DNA from: Magallana gigas
Lineage: Eukaryota
Reading direction: 5' to 3'
Length of the DNA stretch: 64,000 nucleotides
Assembly: GCF_963853765.1 (NCBI RefSeq)
Contig: NC_088858.1
Span: 2,170,001-2,234,000, forward strand
A program made the translations under genes and the position numbers. The notes under the pieces are model-generated. The model was not told where the DNA came from. It ran no database searches and saw only the letters and a list, made by a program, of their open reading frames with translations. Shown here one piece after another: positions 12,601 through 24,600 of the stretch (within the stretch, counting starts at the first letter, position 1; every line of letters begins with the position of its first letter).

Positions 12601-15600
12601 CCTATCATTATCCCTAAGGATCACCATATTGCCACATTGTTAGTACGTCACTACCATGCAGAAATTCATCACCAGGGTTGACACATGACAGAAGGAGCAG
12701 TCAGAGGCGCAGGTTTCTGGATTGTTGGATTCCGTCGGCTCGTGAACTCTCTGATTAGATCATGCATTATGTGCAAAAAACTGCGTGGGAATCTAGGATG
12801 GACAAAGATGACGGACCTACCGTTGGACAGAATTGAGCCTGGACCTCCTTTCAGCTTTGTTGGAGTCGACGCATTCGGACCTTGGCCAGTTGTTGTAAAG
12901 AAGACTACTAGAGGTGTCAGGACTACATCCAAGTATTGGGCCATTCTTTTCACCTGTCTTGTGTCGAGAGCCATACACATAGAGCTTGTGGGAGATATGA
13001 GTAGTGAAGCTTTTATCAATGCCCTGAGAAGATTCATGGCCATTCGTGGCCCCGTGCGCAAGTTTCGTTCAGATAGGGGCACAAACTTCATTGGGGCGAT
13101 GAAGGAGTTAGGGATAAGTGCGTCATTCGATGAAAGTGGAGTAGTACAAGATTACATGACAAAGGTTTGATCTACATGGATCTTTAATCCACCATATGCA
13201 CATCACTTTGGGGGCGCCTGGGAACGTCTTATAGGATCCTGCCGTCGTATTTTGGATGCCCTGCTGTTGGAGAACAGACCTAAAGACTTAACATTTGATG
13301 TTCTTAGCACCTTTATGAGTGAAGTTAGCGCCATTATGAATACTTGTCCACTGTTGCCTATCTCTAGCGATCCAGAAGCTCCATCGGTTCTCTCCCCATC
13401 CATGATCCTGACGCAGAAAGAATGCGACCTTACCTCATCAATGAACATAACAGGATTTGGACCTAAAGATGCTATGAAAAGTCAGTGGAAATTGGTTCAA
13501 AAATTGGCTGATGACTTCTGGCATAGATGGCAACTCGAATACATCCACTGCCTGCAAACTCGCAGAAAATGGCAACTGCCAGGAGCGACCTTTAAGGTTG
13601 GTGACGTAGTTTTAGTCAAGGACGACAATTCTCATCGTAACACTTGGCCCGTTGGTATTATTAAGGAAGTGTTCCCAAGCAAAGATGACATCATTCGGAA
13701 AGTCATGGTCACCGTTGTCCGTGATGATGTTCGAAACTCATATGTGAGACCTATTACAGAACTTATCCACTTACTTGACTGTGAATGATGTAGTTATGAA
13801 CTGATTGTGGATGCTGTTATGATTGCATACAACTCCTTTCATAAAGTAGTCAAACCTGCAATGATTGTTTTAGTCAATGCTTAAAACAAGACATGTTCAT
13901 GTTATGTATGGATTTTTTCATGTAACTACTTTTTTTTATTTGATTTGGCGATTTTTCATAAACTCGGAAGGGGAGTGTGGTGAATTCGGAACTTATGTGT
14001 CCGGTTTGGTTTGTTTTTTATTGAGTTCATCCGGTGTTTACATGTGCTCGAGGCACTTTTGCCCAACTCATTTTTGATGTACATTTACGCACTACGGAGT
14101 AAGTATTTTGTTTAGCATTCTACAAAACATTTAATTACACCCAGATAACCAATTTGCTTTAATGTAATTCTGCTGTCATCCCTTTAGATGTCAGTTCATC
14201 TTCGCTAGGTTTATCAAAACATGTGTAAGGCATAATGTAAAACATGGAAATTTTGGAACATTGTTAATTACATGCTATTTAGTCACACTAGCAGAATGTT
14301 ACAGTTAATATCCTATATGTTCTTACAGGTTTTAACTGTTATTATCAATCTGAGTTGTGTATAAGCCCTAAACCTTTCCACGATAACATTTTCTTTATTT
14401 GGCACAGTGTGAAAAATAGATTGGACTTGACATGGTACAATTTTCTGTAACTTGTACTTTTGCAGTTTTTACCCTCACTGGAGGAGCAATAAACACTTAA
14501 CTCAAGTAGAAGTTTTAGTTGTTTAACGGCACAAGCGTCTTGTAAATCAATTGACGCAAAATTACAATTCTTTGATACTAAGTTGATTGCGGACGACAAC
14601 GTTTCCAATGGTGATATTCCATAAAGTCATTCAAGTGTTTTAAGTTTAGTATTACTCTCAACTTCCATTTTTTCTTTGGTCTGACGAAGATATTTGAAAT
14701 AAATTCGTTTTTGTTATGATCTGACACTACTTCAATAGTTTTCGTGGATTGAAGTTCTTTGATTTCAATATCAATGATTTCTAAATCAATTTTGTTGAAA
14801 TTAATTGGTTTGGGATTACTGCATTGAAAAAGCGTATTTGAAATTCAATTGAATAACCTCTTCTTGTTTTTTTAACTAGTAAATTTTTTAATCACTTGAA
14901 ATCATTTTCCAATTTTCATAATGACCGGCAATTTTCCCCGCCGTTTTTTGACGCAGCTCAAATTTTTTGAGGTATTTAGAAACTCACCCACATTTCTGAA
15001 GATAACACTTCCTGATTTACTTCTTCGTCAGCTTGTTGTTTGTGTGCATTTTCTTTTTATAGCCATGGAAAGTGCGCTGGCTTATGTATGTTGGTCTGGT
15101 TGTCGGGTCTTTGACCTTGGTATTTCCGACTTGGCAAGCTCCGCTTGTCGGCTCTGATGCTGCTACCCGAGATTCAACCATATTTGCTCCCCGAATAGTT
15201 TGTCAGTGACGGGATAATCGTGTGAACAAAACATCTGGAATTAGCCGTTACTCTCGGGTTGGATGATGAACTCTCGTCTTCTTTGTAATAGATCACAGTA
15301 GACGTACGTCATTGATTTAAGACTGTCCATTGCCAGGGTGGTGAGGCCCTTCATTGACGGACCCTCTCCCTGTTGCTTTAATTGATCCGCTGCAGTTGAG
15401 GCACAATTGCATTGGCTACCAGAGTCTGAGTATGTTGAAGTTTAATGTCTTGATTTTGGATTCGTCGACTGAGGTGGGCGCGAACTACATTTAGATGGCG
15501 ACTTATTAAGCACATTTCGTGGTCGATTATACCTCTCGCTCACTTTCTTGATCTTTTCAGCATTGAGCAGTGCACGCCATTGCTAGTTACTTTGACCATT

Positions 15601-18600
15601 TTTTCATGAACCTGCTCGCCACATTTTTCCTCTGTGCTAAAACATTCGGCAAGTTCATCTAACTTTTGTTATCAAACTCTTCAGCTTCATCTACTTCATC
15701 AACTTAATCGACGAACTCGTCCTTCTGAGTTTTCTCGTCATCTTCTTCATCCGATGACACGCCACTCATATCTGTCGAGGAACACAGTTGATTTTCAACT
15801 TTCCGTTTCTGTCCTCGTCTTTTCAATTCACCGACAGATGATGCCAAGGAAGAAATATTGTTTCGCATTCCTTTTATCATTGTCAGTATTGATGGGTTCA
15901 CTGGAGCCTCTTTTTCTTCCGGAAGGCCGGCAGCCATTTCAGAATGCTCAGTGTATTCACTCATTTTATGGATATGCAAATGTCAATGCGATTAATTTGC
16001 AAAATAATGCATCAATACGCAGTTCAGCGTTGATAGGCATTTTAGCGTTAATTACGCTATATGTTTTTAGAACAAAGTTATATAAATTTCACAAATCACT
16101 ACAATACTATAATGAAAATCACATTGTAAATCCAGATACTTGATAATGATTAATTCACGTCTGCTGCAGAACAACGCTAACTTATGTATGAACCACGCGA
16201 TAATCTTATCATCTCATTTGAGACAGAGGCACCAATTGGGGGAGGAGAAATAAGTCACTCTCATTGTAATGCTCAATTTTCTAATCGATATCAGATCCCG
16301 GTACAATATCTTGCATTCGTTTAGTACACAACCTGGTTTGTTTCAATCATTTCATGCATCAATTTTTCCATTTCGTTTGAGGAGATTATTTAACACTGAA
16401 AATATTTGAAGATGATTTTATTTTTCTTACTTTTATATTTTCCATTTTTTTCCCGTTGCTCATCCTTTTTTTGTAAGACATTTGCCTTTATGTTGCATTT
16501 GCCTTTTCCTGGTCCGCCGAACTAGGAATGCGCGTCTTGTGTTTGGCCGTTCGTTAATGGTATCAATGCTATTATGAATCGAGGCGTCGATCTCTGAATA
16601 TGACACAAAAAGTTAAAATATGACGTCTCGGACATTTTCAATACTCGAACTGGAATAGGACATATAAGGCATGTTTTCCAAACCAAGACGTTTTTACGAA
16701 CGCCCGAATTTACTCAAATTTTGTATGAAAAGAAAAAATGCTTACTGCAGGGCAATAAAGTTCTTGTCAGTCACAGCGTGAGTTACCAACAGGTATCGTT
16801 TATATACCCTTAGATAAATATTAACAAATAGTGACAAAATAGTTTTACATATTTTTTACGTACTTTTTCTCAGAAAAATATTTTTTTTTACTGAAACTAA
16901 AGGCTATTGATTTCATGTAGCCTAAAATCTGTCGATTGTTTTCCTTCGGACTTAAATCTCTGGACATTTCATAATATTTAATAAAAATCCGCGTTTTTTA
17001 AGTTTTTTTTTTGAATACTTGTAGTAGTTGCCCTTTGAAATTACTTTCAACCTAGAGAAGTTGCTCTTTGAATTGACGCCACATTGTTATGTCTGAATCA
17101 AATATAATAACAAAATAAAATAACAACGTCAAGACTTTCTCAAACCTCTGTGGAAAAGGGGGAAACGTTTGACATTAATTAGCAACAAAACATTTTATTT
17201 ACACAAGAATGTAATAAAGATTTGCAAAATTTTTTTAAAAGGTGAGAATAAGATTTTTTTTTTAGAGTTTGACTGTGATAAATTGGAGGAGATGTAAAGC
17301 AATTTAAAGCAATTTTTACATCGATTTGAATAGTTTATCTTTTTAAGGGAAAAATGTCTCACTTAATAGTCTTTAGTTGTCCTCGGGGAAAACAAAACGC
17401 TTTTTGGGTATGTTCATGAGAACAAGAAAACATAGGGTTGATCAATTAAATAGATCGCGCAGCTTCATCTCGGCGTCAATGAATATGATCATCCCGATAT
17501 ATTTCGGAAGTCAATCAGTAACAAACCTAATAAGTAATAATGATATTTCCTAGAAGGGATCAGATGGAAACCAAGATTTGATGATTTGCAGTTATTTGTG
17601 TCAAACAACAGTATTAACAACCCCTGTGCGCACGTTGGGAGAAAAATTGATACATTTTTACTAAACCCGTTGGTCTTAAAATTGTTAAAATCTTTTCGAT
17701 TTCCAGTAGTAAAAATATTCACGTTGAAATCTAGTAATTTTCATTACATATAGTCGTTGGTGTGACACAATTTTATTCTACAATTAACAATATCTGAAAT
17801 TTGTATTGATAAAAATGAAAATCATTCGTTAATGTTTGTTCACATCTGTCATTTTCTTACAGACCCCAAGTTATAACAGATAAACGGTGTTTTCACGTTG
17901 TCGACAGAAAAGTTCCGTCTGGTAATGAAATATGTTGTGATATTTTAATGGAATGTCTAGATGACTTTTTATCGTATTATAAACATTCGGTGTTTTTTAA
18001 TAGGTAGACAATCTGTAAGTATTACATTTTATGCAAATTCCATAAATCACCTATAAATTTTCTATCGTAAACATTCGTTTAAATGAAGTGTCTTAAAGAT
18101 AAGACTAAAGAGAAGTTTATACGAATATTTAAATTTTTTAATATGGAGTGCATGTGTTTAACAACACGCACGCTAATTGTCAGTTTATTGTGTTTGCATC
18201 ACATGATCAAACGCTGTCATTCAGTCAACAGAAAAGGTGTACATGTAATTGCACATACACTATTAGGCTTTTGAAATTAAATATTTTTAGATGTCACAAC
18301 TTTACCCTCATTGTAAATTTGCAATACCAACACTTCCAAGGGATTCAATTGTTGGATGTGAAAGAAGGCAACCTTGTCATTTTTTTGTGTATGCTGAAAC
18401 TTATAATGGAACTTGGTAATAAATCTTGTGTTTGTCAGGTTAAATTTTGGAAGTTAAGTACCGATACGTAAAACAATTTTTGATTATAAAAGATTATCTA
18501 CATTACTAGTATCGCTCATATACTTTCTTGTCTTGAAATTTTTATGAAAAATCATGCTGAAATTAATCAATAATCTGTCTTTACCTTGCCTACAGCAAAG

Positions 18601-21600
18601 GTTTGTTACTACATTGTTATCCTTCTGAGATAATTTTTAAAAAATTATTTCTCCTTTTGTAGCCCAAATATAACTACAAATAATCAAGATACAGGGATAT
18701 TTAATCCAGAACTATCTTCGGGACTTTGTAGATATGAAGTTGCTTACACTAACACATCTCTAATTGGAAAAAATACTGTTTGCTTTATGGTTTGGTAAGT
18801 AATGACATTATAGAGATATAACGGAATATTTAATACTAGCACATTTTATATAAGAAATATTTTGTTTTTGTTGAAGTTCCAAAGGAGAGTCTAGATGTTT
18901 CCAAATGTATACCAACGACATACGTGATCGTAAGTGAATAGTTTCATATATATTTATAGGAGAAATCATCTTAATCGATTATGATAACATTCAAATTTTA
19001 TTTAATATGTATTTCAAAAACGTATATGAATTTAAATTATTCACTATCATTCGATATTCAAAGAATGCATCTCAAATCCTTGCTTAAATAACGGAGACTG
19101 TCAAACTGAGTCGTCAGGGAAGTCCCGGTGTGATTGTCCATACGGATTCTGGGGAATATATTGCGAGAAAGGTATTGTTTACTTTATTTGAGTATTTTTG
19201 TATTGAAAACTCCCCTTTGTGCACATTTAAAAGACGGACACAGAATATTTTGAAGAATTCATTTTTACGTAGATTTTAATAACAAAGTTTTCAGATATCA
19301 ACATTCTATTTTTAATTATTTAATTACAGGGTTTTGAAACAATCATTCATATTGAAAAACAAAGCAGTTTGTTTCACAAACAACAAAACGTTTGGTTGTT
19401 TATAAAAGCAGGGTTTACAGGAAAAAACATGTAGTTGTGGTAATGTGGCACGGGACAGTTTTTTGGTACAATTCACTGTAGAGCCAGGGGATGATTGTCT
19501 TTGGAACTCTGTAACTAGAATTTCCTCAGTCCCCGTTTTAGCACAAATACCTTTAATTCGCTCTTTATAAGGCCGATCAACAATATCCGAAGCCAATTAC
19601 TTTTCAAAACCTGAAACATTTTTTACATACTGGTTTTTTATGAGATTTTGACCCTTTTACATTTCGCTACTTTTTTCATTATGTTACAGCTTTTTATACT
19701 CCCTCCAGCTAATTCCCTGCAAAAGGTTGACATTATGTACCGTGTGCATGTTGCACCATTGTTGCAACCTCTATTGAAATAAAACAAATACTGAAATAAA
19801 TTATTTCAAAAGTGGTTGGGAATGTATTTCTTCTTCATAAGAATCACTTTTAAAGTACAACTACCATTAAAATTATTTCTTTCAATCATAGTTGGGAATG
19901 AATTTCTTTATAAAGATTACTTTATAATTACTGTTGCAACACGTTTGGAAAGAACGAAGATGTATATCATTTTTCCAAACTATTTTCAAATGCAAGGAAC
20001 ACTTTATCTAACGAACGATTTCAAATACACAAATAAGGATTACATGCATGCGTGTTGATTTGCTGTGTATGTACTTCATTACAACTACTATTGAAATATA
20101 TTATTTCAATAGTGTTTGGTGATTAATTTTATTACGACCACTGTTGATATAAATTACTTCTATAGTGGTTGGTTATGGAGTTTATTATAAGAAATAATTT
20201 GCAATCACTGTTGAAATACAAACACCATTAAAATATTTTATATTATATTTCATTATAATTCTGTTTATTGAAATATGTTATTTTAAAATTTTTTAAATAA
20301 TAGTTTGAAATAAATTTCTTTTTGCACATCACATGTATGATAAATCAGTTTTATTTAGGTCGTGGATGTATATTATTAAAAGTTTCAATTTGCAAATAAT
20401 TGTTCAATGTTACTTATAGAAAAATATTAATATAAATGTCACTATAGAGATAAATTATTTCAATAATGGTTGAGGATGTATTTCATTAAAAGTGTCACTT
20501 TGCATATACTTTTGAAATACAACCACTATTGAAATAAATTATTTCAATAGTGGTAGGGGATGCGTTTCGTTTCAACCACTATTGAAATAAATTATTTAAT
20601 AGTGGTTAAAGATGCGTTTTCTTACAATCACTATTGAAATCAAGTATTCAATAATGGTTTGGATGCATTTCAGCTTTTTGTCTATTAATCCGTCTGTGTG
20701 TAACACTTTCCATCCGGTATGGACATTTCAAAATATAAGAAGTATGACTTATGAAATGATGAATTCCTTTTTAATTATACTTTTTTTTTTACCTTTGTAT
20801 CATCATGTTTCCCATACCACCTCTTATTTGGAACCAAAAGTGTTATACGCAGACGGAATAATAGGCATAAAAATGACATGCATCTATAGTACTATATTTT
20901 ATTTCAAAAATGGTTATAATTTATGAAATGCATACATAATCACTATTGAAATAATTTATTTCAATAGTATTTCAATAGTGTATGCAAAGTGATCCTATTA
21001 ATGAAATACATCCTTAACAGTTATTTAAATAATGTATCTCAACAGTGTTATTTATGATAATATGTATTATAAAAATATTGAACAATTATTTACAAACTGA
21101 AATTAATAATGAAATACATCCATAATTTATCATAAATGTGATATGTATAATAAAATTTATTCCTACTACTATTGAAAAAATTACTGTTGAATTTAGGCAG
21201 TAGCTGGACTTTTATTCCTATAATGAAATACATCCATAACAACCATTAAAATAATATGTTTCAATAAACAAAAAATTGAATTGAAATACAATAAAGATAT
21301 TTAAAAGGTGTTTGTATTTCAATAGTGATTGCAAATTATTTCTTATTATAAACTTCATAACCAACCACTATTGAACTAATTTATTTTGAAAGTGATCGTA
21401 ATAAAATTCATCACCGACCACTAATGAAAAAATATATTTTAATAGTGATTGTAATGAAGTACATCCCCAACCACTATTGAAATATTTTATCTCAGTATTG
21501 ATACTTAAAAGAACAATTATCTAGCTATAAATAATTTTTAATATACAGGGGGTTAAAATAGAAGTTCTGGCAATTTACAAGGTGTTTACACTTGTACAAA

Positions 21601-24600
21601 TAATTTACAATTTTCATAGAACATAATATATCTATAGAAAGAGAAAGGTACTCGGTAAAGAAAAAATATGGAAACAATTCTATACTAGTATGGTGATCTG
21701 CGAGAATTGGTTATATCTGGATAGTGAAAATCCTAACATAAGTACATTAATTTCATAGTCTCGATTATTACCGTAGAATGTGCAAGTCTTTAATACTTAT
21801 ATTGTGTATTTGAAATTGTTTGTTAGATAAAAACAATTTTATATGCATGTTAATCTGCGGAAATTGGTTATTTATTTCTGCACAGCAGTGAACATCGTAA
21901 CATTATTGCATTAATTTTATAGTCTCGGATATTATTACCGTAAAATATGCAAGTCAATATTACCTAAATCATGTATTTGAAATTGTTAATATTTCTTCTT
22001 TCTTCCCAAATGCGTTACAATAGTGACTACAAAGTAATATTTATAAAAAAAATTATTCTCATCTTCGATTAAAAAAATTAAATAGAAGTCGGTTGTTCTT
22101 CAATGGTGTCTGAAGTAATTCTTATCATGCGATACATCCCCAACTTCTGTTGAAATATTTACTTAGATAATAGCTGTATTTCAATAGTGGTTGCAAAGTG
22201 ATTCTTCTAATGAAATACATCCCCGACCACTATTAAAATAATTTATTTCAATTGTTGTTTTATTTCAATAATGGTTGCAAAGTGATTTTTCTAATGAAAT
22301 ACATTCCCAACCACTATTGAAATAATTTATTTCAATAGTTGTTTTATTTCAATAATGGTTGCAACACACCATCTCACGTCAGAAACTTAACAGTGTATAT
22401 TTTACTATTTGCTATCCACCAACATTTTGCGTAATTTTACCTCCTGTCTGTAACTTGCAATTTCACAATGTGAAGTTGACACAACTGTCATAGCCGCAAG
22501 TTTCGCATTTTACTTCTAATTCACATGTACTTCACCGTATGGGCCTACATATTGCAAACCAACTTCAACAAGAGATATCTTTCTAACTAATGATAATTAT
22601 TAAAAATCATTTTTACGAGTTTTAGCAACATCTATATGCCTTCAAGTATAGCAACTCTCAATTTTACAAAATTATGGACGGTACTTTATTCAAAACTGCC
22701 CCTTGCAATCTTACCTGCATCGAGTTTCCCTTTCAAAATGTTTTCAATCTTGTGAGCTTTTTTCTCATTGAAATGTAAAAATTATTGGCTGACATGTGTT
22801 TACTCTAATTTTCAGATTTTTTTTATTTTAAATACATGGATGGTGAATGGTGTAATATTTGATAAGGTTGTTTAATTCATATAACGTCAGAACTTTGATT
22901 TGAAAGGAGATGTATTAATCATCCATTAAACTGCTGATATATATCGGCATGTTTCCTTCTTTCCTTAAACTTGTTCTATTGAGTAATTTCTAGAAAACTA
23001 CATGGCAATACCAATAGGACTTGGCACTTACCATCCATAAAAAATTAATCTTTATCAGAACAGAATTTTACAAATTTTGAATAACACTCCGATCGTCAGG
23101 GATATGAAAAAAGTATATAGAGTAGAAATGACGTCATTATACATCTTTCCCTTCATAATCACGTCATTGCCAATCTGTGAAATAAGATTATTTTATACAT
23201 TATTGGTTTAAATTTGAAACCATTACATAATGAAAATTTTTAAGTTCGTTTGAGGAGGTTGCAAACCTAGAAAACAGAGTTAAAAATGCATCAGTTTTTT
23301 AACTCAATTTTCAAACAAAGTATTGGTAATTAAACTGGTTTGTAAGTTTTATAGGGTGATATTTTTTGGAAAGTTCAACGTGATTAGTGTTACATGACAT
23401 ATGTTGTGCTGTAAACTCATTAATTCACATGGATGTCATCTTAGCTGATGCAAAGTAATTTTTTGGTAAATTATAACACCTAAAGGACAGTGCGTGGCTG
23501 AAATAGTAGTAAAAAGTTTAATCTATGAAGATTAAATAGGAATGCAAAGGCTGCCAAGACCGTTATGCACGCGAATGTCTCGATATTATATATATATTAA
23601 TATTTAATAATCAATGAATATTGTTAAAATTACTTAAGTATCAAAGCTTGATGTTTCCACTTTTGATTACAGAAATCAACCGAAATTTAACAGATTCAAC
23701 TGAAAATGGGGTAAGAAAACTGCTCTCTGAAAATTCTATATTTACATGTAGATCATGTTTTTTTCTCCCGTATACTTCACATTTTCAATATTATAAAAAA
23801 TTATTTTAGGGCCATTTTACTCAACAAAACGTCATAGAAACCACTCATTGTTACATAAGAGAGCCATGTTTGATACCAATCAGTGTTACAAGAAATGTTC
23901 ATATAGTGTAGGTATTTCTTCTAAAGACTCTAAGTTTTACCTTCAAGCTTGTTCTCTGTCTGTTAACTTACAAATCCACCTTACTTTAAGGCATGTGATA
24001 GAAGTCGGGTTAGTCGACATAACACTTGAGGTGCAGTCTATAGACTTTGATCCAACAGCGAATGCCGGTGGAATTGTCAGCGGAATTGTGAAAGTCGTTG
24101 GACACGAACTCGGACTTAAGATGATATGCATAGATTCATTTGCTCAACCTAAGTAAGTATAAACATGTACATTGATGTGTTTTTCATTAACATAATCGCT
24201 AAAAAATGCGGTAATCAATGTCAATAAGAAACGAAGAGCGAAAAACAGTGCATTTTATGGTTATTTTCTCTTAGAACATCTAAAATTGAAGACGAGACCT
24301 GTTTCAAAATAAACGTATCTCTAGGTAAGTTTTACTTACTTTAAAAAAAAAATAGAGATTTATTTAAACAAATTATGTATGTGTTGAAGTTTATCACAAA
24401 TATGTTTCAGGGCATGATTTGGAAACGATACAGGTAAGAAAAGATAATTTGAGATATTCAAATCCATCTAATAGTGTAAGAAATTGTGATAGGTAATTTG
24501 ATATATATATTATTGAATTTAATATCAAGAGCTAAAATAATCGTCAAAATGACAAACCTATCTCGCAAATAGCTTGTTGTAGAATGTTTAAAGTCTAGAT

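Larger units (their letters stand above)
6888..14533 (+). mobile_element. Full-length BEL/Pao LTR retrotransposon (disabled)
   Basis: LTRs TG...CA at 6888-7451 and 13976-14533; 5-bp TSD AGCGT (6883-6887, 14534-14538); PPT GGAAGGGGAG at 13966-13975; gag-PR-RT-RH-IN domain order typical of BEL/Pao. Confidence 0.97.

Noticed and set aside
8015-13448. Many minus-strand ORFs within the BEL element
   Set aside because: Antisense shadows of gag-pol with no independent motifs.
16240-17520. GC-richer patches that might be another transposon remnant
   Set aside because: No termini, TSD or recognisable protein motif could be established by eye.
19324-19596. 90-aa minus-strand ORF
   Set aside because: Overlaps the decayed EGF exon on the other strand and shows no recognisable motif.
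20523-22340. Regularly recurring 31-bp palindromes resembling a CRISPR array
   Set aside because: Eukaryotic context, irregular spacing, mixed orientation, no cas genes; explained by the foldback element.
22375-22800. Possible LINE endonuclease fragment on the minus strand
   Set aside because: Only a weak DR...GG-like patch; not enough to call.
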